Assembly: GCA_951406725.2 (NCBI GenBank)
Contig: OX597817.1
Coordinates: 32,550,001 to 32,614,000, forward strand
Reading direction: 5' to 3'
DNA: 64,000 bases
DNA from: Octopus vulgaris
Taxonomy: Eukaryota
This document shows positions 1 through 13,352 of this stretch, piece by piece. Each line of letters starts with the position of its first letter. Position 1 is the first letter of the stretch. The translations under genes were made by a program, and so were the position numbers. Below the pieces are notes generated by a model. It ran no database searches. It saw nothing but the letters and a program-made list of their open reading frames with translations, and was not told the origin of the DNA.

Positions 1-404
1 TACCACATCACTCAAATGAGAAAGAATATGCCACTACATTTCCTATTTCTCTTAAAGACCTTAGGCTCCCTGCTTATGTAATGAAATAGTTATTTATATT
101 TAAGAGTGAGAACTTTTTGCAAATAGAGTCTTTAATCTTTTATAGTGCAGTCAAAGAGCTGTTTCCGATGAATTGAGTTTATAACTATTTTAATGCTCAT
201 TTGGAATGTCTTGAGAAAGGCATTTGTATTTTGAATGACTTTTCTTTCTCTAAATATTTTGTTTTTTTACATGGGAAAGTATTGTTATTAAAAGGTTGGA
301 GGAAAGTGCTAAGTTGTTAGCTTTTAAACTTCAGTACCATACAAATCCCATCAATGTTAACAGCCTTTCATTCTCTACGGTCAATAGCATAGATATTAGT
401 AATA

Positions 405-633
405 GTCTTTTGTTTTCTACTCTAGGCACAAGGCCTGAAATTTTGAGGGAGGTGGGGCAGTCAATTAGATTGACCTCAGTATGCAACTGGTACTTAATTT
501 ATCGACCCCCCACCCCACCCCCAAAAAAGGATGAAAGGCAAAGTCAACCTCTGTGGAATTTGAACTCAGAATGTAAAGACAGACGAAATACTGCTAAGCA
601 TTTCATCCAGTGTGCTAACGTTTCTGCCACCTT
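405..633 (-). mobile_element. SINE family B (tRNA head + Nin/Deu-like domain), monomer
   Basis: Reverse complement of GAGTTCAAATTCC...GACTTTGCCTTTCATCC...TAAGTACCAG; TSD atagatattagtaata at 389-404 and 634-649. Confidence 0.85.
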
Positions 634-899
634 ATAGATATTAGTAATATTATTATCACCATTGTATCAACATCCACTTTTCCATGCTTGCTTGAGTTGA
701 GTTTATTGAAGCAGCTTTTTGACTGTCAGATGCCCTTCCTTTCAACCAACCTTCACCATTTTCTAAGCAAGGTAATAAATACTTGCCCAAACGTTTTTGC
801 AAAATGTTGGAAATAAATGATGCTGTGTATATGACAGTGACACTCATTTATAACTATCACACAATGTCAAAGCAAAGAGACATAAGCATACACACATAT

Positions 900-1042
900 C
901 TGTTGGCATTAGGGAGGGCATCCAGCCATAGAAACCATGCCAAATCAGATTGGAACCTGGTGCACCTCCCTAGCTTACCAGTTTTCAGTCAAACCATCCA
1001 ACCCATGTCAGCATGGAAAACGGACGTTAGATGATGGTGATG
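900..1042 (+). mobile_element. Family C repeat, 3' part (RTE-tailed SINE-like)
   Basis: TTGGCATTAGGGAGGGCATCCAGCC...AACCCATGTCAGCATGGAAAACGGACGTTAGATGATG tail. Confidence 0.75.
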
Positions 1043-2123
1043 ATATATATATATATATATCGCGCATGGAGCTGTTTGGCGGGCAATTTAAACTGGTCTT
1101 GTACGTACGTGCATATATATGTATGTATGAGCGTTTGTATATGTAAGTATAATGTATGTTCTGTATATATATATATATCTGCATTTATGTGCCTACCTGG
1201 TATATTCAACTGAAGAAGGCAGAGCTTCTCATGCAAAGTCAGAAATCCAGGATCTTGAATTATCCAGAAAAATCTTTTTTGCTAGTTTATTTTGTCTTTC
1301 TATCTTCTCTCCTAGCGCGATATGAATATTTAAGGTGGCTTTAGGGTCAGGGTTTTGACTGCTATTTCAGCATGGTGGTATCTCTCAGATACCCTAATTT
1401 ATAGTTTTAAATAATTATTACCTTTGTATGGTATTTATTCCCATGCTGGCCACTTGATAAGATCAATATTTAAATATCGATATTATCCTTATCTATAAAT
1501 TTATATATATATATATATACACACACACATATATATATATGATAGAAGGCATTTTGTCCAACACTGTAATGATTTTGGCCTGTATAAATTGAGAAAAACA
1601 AAAGATATTCAGTTATTATAAGGCAACTTCTTAATGCCACCTAACATTTATACGATGGGTCAATAAACAGAATCACAACTAATGAAGCAGAGTGGCAACA
1701 AGATTAGAATGCTGGACTTCTGCTGAGCACATGATCATAAGCTTATATCTTATTACTACTACGGCTGTTGTATGGTACTCCTAAGTAAGGAATATAACTC
1801 CACTCTGGTTTACCTAACAAAACAGGTTCTATGCCAATTTGGGGTAGTAAAGTAAAAACAGTCCATTGGTAAGGACAATCTCTTCTCGGGAAAACATCTC
1901 ATTCATACAATCATGTAAAATGGATGGAAGACCTTAAGGGAAAAAATCCAAATGTATATCACATGATTTGATCACTTACCAGTAAAACGTCCTAAACAGT
2001 GAGAAATGTTTTGTGCCTTCTATTTACCCAAATTATTCAGCCATTAAGAATGTACATTCATCCTTATTTTATACAATTCAGATATATGAAATGACAAATT
2101 AATTTTTTTATATATATATATAT

Positions 2124-2525
2124 GCGCAGGAGTGGCTGTGTGGTAAGTAGCTTGCTAACCAACCACATGGTTCCGAGTTCAGTCCCACTGCGTGGCATCT
2201 TGGGCAAGTGTCTTCTGCTATAGCCCCGGGCCAACCAATGCCTTGTGAGTGGATTTGGTAGACGGAAACTGAAAGAAGCCTGTCGTATATATGTATATAT
2301 ATATATATGTATGTGCGTGTGTTTGTGTATCTGTGTTTGTCCCCCTAGCATTGCTTGACAACCGATGCTGGTGTGTTTACGTCCCCGTCACTTAGCGGTT
2401 CAGCAAAAGCGACCGATAGAATAAGTACTGGGCTTACAAAGAATAAGTCCCGGGGTCGAGTTGCTCGACAAAAGGCGGTGCTCCAGCATGGCTGCAGTCA
2501 AATGACTGAAACAAGTAAAAGAGTA
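2124..2525 (+). mobile_element. SINE family A (tRNA-derived, internal TA/TG microsatellite), full length
   Basis: A box TGGCTGTGTGG, B box-like GAGTTCAGTCCC, CTTGGGCAAGTG motif, tail AATGACTGAAACAAGTAAAAGAGT; more than 15 copies or fragments in window. Confidence 0.9.
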
Positions 2526-3319
2526 GAGAGTATATATATATAGAAAGAGGGGAAATGAATATATATATATATATTCATTTTCCACTCTTTCTATTGTTGA
2601 CTTAATTGTTTATATTTTGCTAAATGTTGTTTGAAACAAGAGAAATGAATTTTGTTTCAGCTAAGAGAAGAGTATTTCAGCTGATTACATCATAAATTGA
2701 TTATTCAGCAAGCGTGATGAGATGGAATTCTACAGTACAACTTCGGTTTACGAAGCAAATATGGCTCATTGAACTTTACATTTCTAGCCAGGCTCCTCCT
2801 TTTCAGTGATGTCAGTCATGGTGTCATGTGAAAATCACAATAGATAGAGCTATATAGATTTATGAAGATTAACTGAAATATGTCTAAACGAGTTTTGACA
2901 GTTATAAAGAATAGCTTATACTTAGGTCAACTCTCATTTAAATTATTATATAACATCATTACTTTGTAAGAAACCAACTGTGCAGAAATTCATGATGGTG
3001 ATTTTTCCTTCTTTTCTCTCTTCTTTTTTTTTTTTTTTTTTGCTTCATTTTATCTTTTCCATATTTGCAAATTTAGTTTTACCATGCTATAAAAATAGAG
3101 ATTGGGGTAATTTCTCAACATTCAGTTATTTGCAGAAGTTACTGGAGCAATTGTTTATCAGTTCCAGACATGAACTTCTCAATGGTGGTGTGAATTTGGC
3201 ACCTATTTACTGAACCCAGAAGAATAATGCTATTTGGTGAGTTAATCAATATTGATTGGCCAATATGTAGGAGTAGACGAAACTTCTGAAACTATTTAAT
3301 ATTATCTGGAATTTTGTAG

Positions 3320-3450
3320 CATAGTGGCTAAAGTGTTTGGTTCATGATCCTAATCTCATGGGTACAGTTCCCAGATAGATCAATGTAGCCTTGGACAAGG
3401 CATTTCATTTCATGTTGCTCCAGTCTACTCAGCTGTAAATAAGAACCAAC
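3320..3450 (+). mobile_element. Old CORE-type SINE (family D, body beta) fragment
   Basis: CCTTGGACAAGGCATTTCATTTCATGTTGCTCCAGTCTACTCAGCTG aligns to the copy at 54002. Confidence 0.55.
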
Positions 3451-3715
3451 TAGGTGCTTGCACAGCTATCTCTCTGTCCAGCTGTCATATTCTGGATGTA
3501 TCACAGGATCAAGTGTTAGGAGATCAAGAGAGTATCTATGCTTGCTTGTGACAACATAGACACCTAAAACAATTGCTGAAAGCATAGTACATGTTACCAA
3601 GCCATACTTGTTTGTAAGTGATGGCTGACTGTGCATTTTATTTTTAATAAGGTTTATTATTCTTACTTTTTACTTTACATCAATTTGACTATCAATTGCT
3701 AAATCTTGACAAATA

Positions 3716-3888
3716 CCGTATTTTATGGCATATAAGATCAAAAATTTTTCCCCAAAAAATCACACCAAGTGTGAAGTTGGGCCCCCTATAAGCATTTATG
3801 CACTCAAAACTATTGCCCCCTGAATATATGCTGTTAAAATTGGAGGGCAGCTAACTTGTCCATACATCCTTTATGCCATCAAATATAG
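3716..3888. mobile_element. Tc1/mariner-superfamily (Tc2/pogo-like) MITE
   Basis: TA|CCGTATTTTATGGCATATAAG ... CCTTTATGCCATCAAATATAG|TA; imperfect TIRs with CpG-type changes, TA flanks. Confidence 0.7.
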
Positions 3889-3912
3889 TACTTCAAACTT
3901 ACAGCATTTCTT

Positions 3913-4429
3913 AGTTTCCAGTGAATGCTTGTGAAGACCTGTTGAGGCAAGTGAAATTGAAATCAAAATCAAATTCGATGGCTGGCATCTGTGCTAGTGG
4001 AGCGCTAAGAATACCATACGAGTGTGATCGTTGCCGGAGCAACAAACTGGCTTCCATGCCGGTGGCACGTAAAAAGCACCATTCAAGTGTGATCGTTACT
4101 TGTGTCGCCTTACTGGCACTTGTGCTGGGGGCACGTGAAAAAACATTCAAGCAAGGTCGTTACCAGTGCTGCTGGACTGGCTCCTGTGCAGGTGGCACGT
4201 AAAAAGCACCATTTGAGCATCACCATTGCCAGTACTGCCTGACTGGCCCTCGTGCCAGTGGCACGTAAAAGCACCCACTACACTCTAACAGTGGTTGACA
4301 TTAGGAAGGGCATCCAGCTGTAGAAACTCTGCCCGATCAGATTGGAGTCTGGTGCAGCCATCTGGTTCGCTAGGCCTCAGTCAAATCGTCCAACCCATGC
4401 AAGCATGGAAAGCGGATGTTAAACGATGG

Positions 4430-4458
<29 letters not shown>
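3913..4458 (+). mobile_element. Family C repeat, long copy with internal GTGGCACGTAAAAAGCAC units and (GAT)n tail
   Basis: Four GGCACGT(A/G)AAA units, AGGAAGGGCATCCAGCTGTAGAAAC block, tail GCATGGAAAGCGGATGTTAAAC(GAT)n. Confidence 0.85.
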
Positions 4459-4460
<2 letters not shown>

Positions 4461-5769
4461 TGTCTGAAACCTCTGTTGGTAATATGAGAAAACTGAAAGT
4501 ACTATCTCTGTCTTAAAACTTGCTACCAAATGGCATGTCTAATTTTGATTTTCTATACAGTTTTATCAGTTGTAACATTTAACTTCCAGTTTTTATTACC
4601 CTTAATAGAGATAATTGTCTTCTTTCCTCATTACAACCTATAAGTGACCTATATTTAACCCACTACATGTGACGCTCATACTTCTTTGTCTTATAGTATT
4701 CTAATGTTAAGGATGCATTGGCAAAAAAAAGAACTGTTCAATAACCTCTGATCAATAGTGGATTGATTCCTTAAATTGTGTATTCTTTTTTTATTTTTGC
4801 TTTTGTTTTAGCTCTAAAATATCTAAATTTCTGAAATAGGAAATTTTTACTCTGCTTTCTTTGATGTAATTGATTTTTTTTTCTTTTAAGTTCCGTTTCT
4901 CTTGGAGCTACATTTTCATGTGATTGTTAGTTCTTTAGTTCATTTAGCTATCATAGCTAAGGCCATGCTAGAGCATCCTCTTCTAAAAATATTCATTTTA
5001 ATAATCATATAAATATTTTGTTTTATATGACTAATATATTATTCTATAATTTTTGTCAAATACTGTTTGATATTTTTCATCAATTTTATCACTGGTTTGT
5101 TTTGTTTTCTTTCTTTTCTTTTTGTTCATTCAACAAGGAAATATTAGAAAATGCTTTATAGACAGTGGCAGCTCAAAGATAAAATTAGTGGGGGGTGCTG
5201 CTTCAGAAAATTTTTAGCTATTGTTTTAATATTGTGGAAGCAAATATATAAAAAGAATATTTATACATAAACTTGATCAGTTCGCGTTTTAACCACTACC
5301 GGATAGTGTGTTTAATTTGTTCACTGAGCACTGCTACAAATTCCCCCTTGTTTTTAAAAAAAAAAAAACTCTAAATCACAAAATAAGGGGGGAAAATCTG
5401 CCTTATTTTTCAAATCCTGGCAGCAACACTGAAGCTGGAAGCAGGATAATAATCTAATTCTACACTTTATCACATTCAAGAATATAAACACGTTTTTACG
5501 CACAACACATGCAGAGTCAAAAAGAAACACCACCATTCACCAGCACTGCATGAACGACAATGCTGTCTCTCCCTAGCATGAAGCTTCCTATCTTGGACAT
5601 GTGAGCATACACACAACAGCCAAACACTGCGTTGCTGGAACTGTGAAGTGCACAGTTCTAAAGAAGGATTTTTGTATTTTTTTCATAAACTAAGGGATGG
5701 CTACAGACATTAAGCTTAAGGATTATATAATGTACAAGTATAAAGAAAGAATTAAAGAAAAAAGTACTC

Positions 5770-6160
5770 AGGCGCAGGAGTGGCTGTGTGGCAAGTAGCT
5801 TGCTAACCAACCACATGGTTCTGGGTTCAGTCCCACTGTGTGGCATCTTGGGCAAGTGTCTTCTGCTATAGCCCCGGGCCGACCAATGGCCTTGTGAGTG
5901 GATTTGGTAGACGGAAACTGAAAGAAGCCTGTCGTATATATGTATATATATGTATGTATGTGTGTGTGTTTGTCCCCCTAGCATTGCTTGACAACCGATG
6001 CTGGTGTGTTTATGTCCCCGTCACTTAGCAGTTTGGCAAAAGAGACCGATAGAATAAGTACTGGGCTTACAATGAATAAGTCCCGGGGTTGAGTTGCTTG
6101 ACTAAAGGCAGGGCTCCAGCATGGCCGCAGTCAAAATGACTGAAACAAGTAAAAGAGTAT
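5770..6160 (+). mobile_element. SINE family A
   Basis: Colinear with 2124-2525. Confidence 0.9.
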
Positions 6161-6384
6161 TATATTAAATATTATTGATAATATCAAATAGTGCTGGAGT
6201 TCTGCAGTGCCTATATACAAGCTGCCACTGCTTATAGATCACAAAAATGTGTTTAAATCATTTAACTAGTTTCTGTTTTCTGATATGTATTAGTGGTATA
6301 GATCTAAATTACAATAAAAATATCAATAAAGTTGAAAGATTTAAGGATTACAACTATTACTTGAAACTGACTGTTATCACAAGA

Positions 6385-6633
6385 CATCATCATCATCTTC
6401 GTTTAACGTCCGTTTTCCGCACTAGCACGGGTTGGACGGTTCGACCAGGGGTCTGGGAAGCCAGGGGCTGCACCAGGCTCCAGTCTGATCTGGCAGTGTT
6501 TCTACAGCTGGATGCCCTTCCTAACGCCAACCACTCCACGAGTGTAGTGGGTGCTTTTTACGTGCCACCTGCACAGGTGCCAGGGGGGTCTGGCATCGGC
6601 CACGATCGGTTGGTGCTTTTAACGTGCCACCAG
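6385..6633 (-). mobile_element. Family C repeat
   Basis: (CAT)n, then CGTTTAACGTCCG...GGATGCCCTTCCTAACGCC. Confidence 0.85.
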
Positions 6634-6763
6634 TGATGGTCTAAATTATGTACATTTAATAACATTTTAAAAAATATAAATATATATGACTGTGTAGTCA
6701 AGAAGCTTACTTTGCAATCACAGCGTTTTGGTTTCAATCCCTTTGCACAGTAACTAGCGTAAG

Positions 6764-6927
6764 CAGGCACAGGAGTGGCTGTGTGGTAAGTAGCAAGCTA
6801 CTTACCACATGATTCTGGGTTCAGTCCCACTGCGTGGTACCTTGGGCAAGTGTCTTCTACTATAGCCTCGGGTCGACCAAAGCCTTGTGAGTGGATTTGG
6901 TAGACGGAAACTGAAAGAAGCTCATCG

Positions 6928-6959
<32 letters not shown>

Positions 6960-7175
6960 TGTGTGTGTATATGTTTGTCTGTCTGTGATTGTCTCCACCA
7001 ACACCACTTGACAACCGATGGTGGTGTGTTTATATACCCGTAACTTAGCGGTTTGGCAAAAGACACCGATAGAATAAGTACTAGGCTTCCAATGAATAAG
7101 TCTGGGGTCGATTTGCTTGACTAAAGACGGTGCTCTAGCATGGCCACAGTCAAATGACTGAAACAAGTAAAAGAG
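6764..7175 (+). mobile_element. SINE family A
   Basis: Full head-to-tail match; internal (TA)n. Confidence 0.9.
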
Positions 7176-7597
7176 ATATAGCCCAGGGTCAATCAATAAC
7201 ATGTGAGAGGGAAACTGTTTTTCACCTTCAAAAATAGAGAGCAATCACCATATTTTCTTCCATAACTGCTAACCCTGACGAACACATTGTTACATAATCA
7301 GACTCTTACCTCACATCCCATTTAACCCCTAGTGTGAAACCGATTGGTAACATCAGCTGAAAAGGATATGTGACACTGTACACTTCGATTTTTGTGTTTG
7401 TGCGTGTGTGCGTATTTGTCCTCCACCACCACTTAACAACTGGTGTTAGGTAGCTTACATCCTCATAACTTAGCAGTTAGCCAAAAGATACTAATAGAAT
7501 AAGTACCAGACTTAAGAATAAGTGCTGGGATCGATTTGTTTTGCTAAACACTTCAAAAGTAGTGTCCCAGAATGACTACAGTCCAGTGACTGAAACA

Positions 7598-7974
7598 AGC
7601 TGAAGTTGTCTGTGTATGGCAGGTTTGGTAGCCTTCAACTAACACTATCTCCTCCGAGACCCTGCGGCGCAAGTTGACCAAAATTGAGAGTATGATAGAA
7701 GAAGGCTTGCTCTTTATTCGGTAGAAAATAAAATTCAAATCGGACCATGTTAAGACCAAAAATTATTTACATCAAAAAGGTGCTTTTTTTCTATGAAAAT
7801 CCCTATTTTTTACGATTTTTTGACTGCTGTGTCACCATTTTTCGGTGCATTTCAACCAGAAAAATGTTCACTTAAAGAGAATAACAAGCTACATAATGCA
7901 AATTTTTTACTTTTAAAAAATTCCAATTCTAAAGGGTCGAAACAAACCTGAGCAACGCCGGGCAATACTGCTAG
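7598..7974 (+). mobile_element. Non-autonomous Helitron (5'-truncated) inside the tail of an old family A SINE
   Basis: 3' end CCTGAGCAACGCCGGGCAATACTGCTAG|T nearly identical to the ends at 45482 and 45876; SINE tail TGACTGAAACAAG resumes as TAAAAGATAAAAGAT. Confidence 0.75.
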
Positions 7975-8814
7975 TTAAAAGATAAAAGATAAAGACAATA
8001 AGAATCCTATTTCTTTTGAAAAGACACTGTACATGCAGAACTGCATTGTCTAATGTGTCCTTTCCTGTTTTTTATTGAAACAATCAAGCATGGATTAAGG
8101 GTTTAACAAGTAATAATATTAATAGAATTCTGAAAAGAAGTCAAGACAGAAGCTGTCAGTATTGTAAATCAACAATATATTTTATTGTTTATTAAAAGAC
8201 AGATCATATCAGACATGCGTCCCGGTGGAATACAACAAGAAAAAGAAGGAATGTTCTTTTCATAATGTCATAATGTGAGAGAGAACAATACTTCAGTTCC
8301 ATGAAACAATTTGACTTATACATGGAAGAAAAGACATGTTAGCTGAAATACAATTGATGCATATTCAATATGGACATTTTCATACTGTATTATCAAAAGA
8401 ATCTATCTCTTACTCACTCTGTCTCTCTCCCTCACACACAATCTCTCTTTCTTTCTCTCTCACTCTCTCTCTCTCTCTCTCTCTCTTTCTTTTTCTCTTT
8501 CTCTCTTCAATAGGTTATGAGACAGTTGTATTTCAGAATACAGGCAAAAGTTCTGAAGCTGTTGTCGCTGGGGGTTTTGTTTGTTTTTGTTTTGCTTTGT
8601 TTTGTTTTCAGGGAAAAAGAGTTGTGTATCGTTTCCAAGCTGTGAGAAGTTAAGTTAAAAATAGTTACAAGTGTATGCAAAGAAAGAAAGAAAAATAATA
8701 AGTTCACTATACCTAAACATAATTGTGACTAATTTTTTGCATGGCCCAACAGAGATTAAACTGGTGAAGGAGTGTGAGTTCTTGTGGGATCTTAGCTGGT
8801 CAATCAAGGCAATG

Positions 8815-8980
8815 ATAGAAAGTTAGAGAGAATAAGCAACAGAGAGAGAGAGAGAGTGAGCAACAACAGAGAGTGAGAATGAGTAATAGAGAGGGTGAGT
8901 AACAGAGAGAAAGAACAACAGTGAGAGAGAGTGTGAGTAACAGAGAGAGAGACTGAGCAACAGAGAGAGTAAGAAACAAT
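8815..8980. repeat. GA-rich degenerate minisatellite (GAG(T/C)AACAGAGAGA units)
   Basis: Direct inspection. Confidence 0.7.
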
Positions 8981-9099
8981 GTGTATGTGTGTTCTATTAA
9001 CACAGGTTAATGAAGCAACTACTATCTAAGGCAACTGGTATTTCTCTGATCAGTTCTGAGAAATGGGCTTTGTTAAATAACTAATGGTAAGCTCTAGGG

Positions 9100-11521
9100 C
9101 AGAGGTATCAAACTCATTTTAGTTCACGGGCCACATACCAACCCAATTTGATCTCAAGCAGGGCAGAACAGTAAAATCATGGCATAAGAATCTATAAATG
9201 GCAATTTCAAAATTTTCTCTTTGTTTCAGTGTAAAAATAGTACATTCTGAAAATGTTCATATTTAAAGAAGAATTCTTTTTTGCAAAACATTGAATAAGT
9301 AAAAGAGGGAACTGTTAAAGAAGACCAAGTTATCACACTGCCTTGTAAATGTATACAATTTATAAATTTAAAAAAAGAAGACTTTGAAAAACATTTAAAA
9401 ACATTTTTGTTATATTTTATCATTTCAATATATTCCTGAAACTTGGCATCTTCTCTCCTTCACAAGCACATCAACATCAGGTGTCAAATCCTGAGTAGCA
9501 GCAAATTTTAGGTGCTTATGAGTGAGTGTTGAGTGCAGCTTTATTTTATTCATGTTCATTAGAGAGAAAACTTGTTCACAAAGGTAGGACGTCCCAAACA
9601 TGCACAAAACTTTCACAGCAAGGGCTGTCAATTTGGAGTACTTCAGCAAGAGATACTAATAAAATGTGTCCACGCCCACCAAGGTAAATTAGTTCTACAA
9701 ATTTGAATCACACTGCAAGTTAATCATTTCAAGTTGGATGTTGACAGGCAGATCAGAGGCTTTGACTGTAAACAGCAAGTGAAAAACTGAAATCTGTCTC
9801 AAGTTTATCAAAAATCTGAAACTGTTGCTCAAACTCTCACAACAACCCCACGATATTGTCTTTGTACCAATTCATGTCAACATTATCTGTGGTCGCAACC
9901 ACATCTTTTAGACAAGAAAAATTAGCAGGGTCATCACCTGACAGTTGTCTCCAACAAAGTTAGCTTCAATTTGAACACGCATATGCTTTGAAAATATTGT
10001 GTGACAACATTTTTATGGCCTTACAGCATTTTGTTCAGATCATTCAAGTGCTCTGTAATGCTAAATCTTGCAGCCATTCTGGTGATTAAAATTCTAACAC
10101 TGGTTTGCTTTTTCCTTCATGAACTGTTCAATTTCGTCTTGAGGATTAAAGAAACGTTTCAACACAGCACTTTGGCTTAACCACCTTACCTCGGTGTGAT
10201 ATGGCAAGCCATAGGTAATACCTATATTGCTGAGAAAATTGACAAACTGACAGTGATTCAGACCCCTAGTTTGGATGGAATTAACAGTTTGGACAACCAC
10301 TTCCATGATGTGATCCATTTTGAATGACTTGCAACACAATGCCACCTGGTGCAAAATGCAGTGAAATATCCAAAAATCACATCCTCCATTTGCAGTCTGT
10401 ACTTTCTCTCTGAGCTGTGTGACAACACCTGCTTTTTCCTCATCACTGATAGAGCGCTAGAGCGCCATCTATAGCCACACTGATAGCATGGGCCCAGTCT
10501 ACTCCAGCCCTGTCCAGGACTCCAATGAGAAAGATGAAAATGTCATTTGCTGTTGTGGTGTCCATCATAGGAACCAACTCCAGGAACTCCTTGGTGATAG
10601 TCAAAGTCTCGTCTACACCACAAACAAATATGGCAAGTTGTACAACATCCATAATGTCTGTGCTCCCATCAATTGCCACTGAAAATGTAATAAATGACTT
10701 GACTTTGTGCTTCAGTTGCCTGTCCAAATTTGCAGAAAGATCTGAAATCCTATCTGCCACAGTGTTTCTCATCAGGCTGATGTTGGCAAAAGTCTGTCAC
10801 TTCTCAGAGCACACAATTGCTGCAGCCTTCAATATGCATGTTTTCATGAACTCATCCTCACAGTACGGCTTTGATGCTAATGCTAATTCTCTAGCAACAA
10901 GGTAGTTAGCTATTACTGATACCTGATGGATATCTCAACATTGGGTTAAAGCAGACTGTTGTTTCTTCAGATCCACTAACAATTTATTTGCCTTCTCTCT
11001 TCTCATTTGTCCTTGCAAGTTATTGTATTTGTTGGCATGATGAGTCTCATAGTGACACCAAATGTTATATCCTTTGAGCACTGAAACCTGCTGCAAACAC
11101 ACCAAGCACACGGGTTACCCATTCACCTCCATGAATAAATAGGAAAAAGATCAGTTTTCTTGAATTAATCTACACTCTGTATCCACTCTTATCTTTTTTG
11201 ACAAAGACATTTGGGGTAAGGTAAAACAGCAAAATGTTGACCTGAAAAAAGAAAACACGTTAGTCATTGAATTAATTTCAAAAAAGCATATTTATTCCAA
11301 TACAATATTTAAACAAATCTTTAAATAATTGAAGGGAGTTTTTCTATTAGAAATTGAATCATTGACATTATCATCAGTCATACTCAAACAATCAACATTC
11401 ACAATGCTAAATCAGTAAGTATATAATATAATTTTTACACTTTTCAAAGTCATCTCACAGGCCGGATGAGACCCTGCAGCAGGCCAGTTCCGGCCCACAG
11501 GCCATATGTTTGACACTCCTG
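9100..11521 (-). mobile_element. Full-length degenerate hAT (Charlie/Buster/SPIN-type) DNA transposon
   Basis: TIRs CAGAGGTATCAAAC (9100-9113) and GTTTGACACTCCTG (11508-11521); degenerate 8-bp TSD ctctaggg/ttatagag; GGGCC subterminal motifs. Confidence 0.9.
9425..11210 (-). pseudogene. hAT transposase pseudogene (GTF2IRD2/SPIN-like)
   Basis: MSLSKKIRVDTECR..PVCLVC N-terminus, FSVAIDGSTDI..QLAIF, YHTEVRWLS and MFGTSYLCEQVFS motifs; many stops and frameshifts. Confidence 0.9.
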
Positions 11522-11974
11522 TTATAGAGAATAGTTTGCCAAGTATTTGCTAAGCTAAGCTCATTGGTAAGTATAGCTAATGGAAAGATTTGAGCTGATT
11601 TTGTTAAGTTGATTCATCTTTTGGAGCAGGTTTTATTCTTGGAATAAATTTAACTAAGATTAAGTTTAACATTCCATTTTTAGCTGTAATTGATGTTTCT
11701 ACAGCTAATGTATGTGGATAGAGAAACTTCTAGAAAGCTAATAATGGTAAAAATCACTACAGTGGAAATTTGACAGCTATTTCTGGCTGGTTGAGCATAA
11801 AGACTCAGAGTGTCATGGAGAGCAGAATTGGAAGAGTGTCAAGTTAGATAATTTATAACACTTAGATATGTCCCTTTATAATGTAAAGAAAATCCCATCC
11901 TGGGATCAGCTTTGCCAGTCTTCTTTTCAGGATTGATCAGTACAGTACTAGTGTTTGAGAAGACACATCTAGTA

Positions 11975-12457
11975 ATGCATAAAAGGCACTCATGCCAGTG
12001 ACACGTAAAAGGCACCTGTGCCAGGGACACATAGAAGGCACCCATGCTGGTGACATGTAAAAGGCACTCATGCCAGGGACATGTAAAAGGTACCCATAAA
12101 AGGCACTTGTGCCAGGGAGACATAGAAGGCACCCATGCTGGTGACATGTAAAAGGCACTCATGCCAGGGACATGTAAAAGGTACCCATGCTGGTGATGCG
12201 TAAAAGGCACCCGTAAAAGGTACCTGTAAAAGGCACCTGTAAAAAGCACCTGTAAAAGGCACCTGTAAAAGGCACTCATGCCAGTGATACATAGAAGGCA
12301 CCTGGTACATCTGTGGAGTTATTAGCATTAGGAATGGCATCTAGTGATAAGAACCAAGCCAAAACAGACTGGAACCTGGTATAGCTCTCCAGAGTACCAG
12401 CTCCAGTCAAATGGTCAAACTCATGCCAGCATGGAAAACAGGTGCTAAATGATGATG
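11975..12457 (+). mobile_element. Family C repeat whose internal unit has expanded into a minisatellite
   Basis: Many (C/T)RTAAAAGGCAC units at 11979-12302, then the family C 3' end. Confidence 0.8.
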
Positions 12458-12458
12458 A

Positions 12459-12860
12459 AGAAACGTTAGCCTACCGGGCAAAATGCTTAGTGGTATTTCG
12501 TCTGCCATTATGTTCTGAGTTCAAATTCCACTGAGGTTGACTTTGCCTTTCATCCTTTCAGGGTCGATTAAATAAGTACCAGTTATGCACTGGGGTCAAT
12601 ATTATTGACTTGATCCGCTTGCCTGTCCTTGTTTGTCCTCCCTGTGTTTAGCCCCTTGTGGGTAGTAAAGAAATAGGTATTTCGTCTGCTGTTACATTCT
12701 GAGTTCAAAATCCGCCAAGGTCAACTTTTCCTTTCATCCTTTTGGGATCAATAAATTAAGTACCAGTTACGCACTAGGGTCGATGTAATCGACTTAATCC
12801 GTTTGTTTGTCCTTGTTTGTCCCCTCTGTGTTTAGCCCCTTGTGGGCAATAAAGAAATAA
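12459..12860 (+). mobile_element. SINE family B tandem dimer
   Basis: Two units joined at AAGAAATAGGTATTTCGTCTGC. Confidence 0.85.
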
Positions 12861-13321
12861 GATAATGGTGTATCCTTCAAAAGATAAGGGCCTAGTGACA
12901 ACGTCACACATCAGTATTTTCTACCAGTTTGCAATATATATGATAATGTATTAGCAAAATCTTCTCGATCCATCTTCCATTTGACAAAGCCCTTAAATTC
13001 TGACATCACTATGAAAATAAGCTATTAGTTCTGAAACAAGCAGTACTTAAAGGAGCAAGTAGTGCCATCAATTCCACCTAAACTATAGACATCCAGTAAC
13101 AGTCATCTTAGCATCTCATCTTTTAGTGGAGTTGGTGGGATTTCCTCTTCAATGTTCCTAATATGATATCATTGGGAAAAGATCAGCTATATCCATTAAT
13201 AAGCTCTCCATGGCTTGAAAGGTTAAATCTCTTATTAAAAGTCTATTCCAAATCACTTCCATTCTTTCCCTTTCCAACTGAAATGTGATTTAGTTGCCTC
13301 TCTCTCTCTTTACCCCTTCTT

Positions 13322-13352
<31 letters not shown>

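Noticed and set aside
2714-2772. C/D box snoRNA (GTGATGA start)
   Set aside because: No CTGA D box at a suitable distance and no terminal stem
9425-11210. Domesticated GTF2IRD2/ZBED-like host gene
   Set aside because: Multiple stops and frameshifts, with TIRs still present
11975-12310. CRISPR-like array
   Set aside because: Eukaryotic context; spacers are themselves repeated; it is a minisatellite within family C
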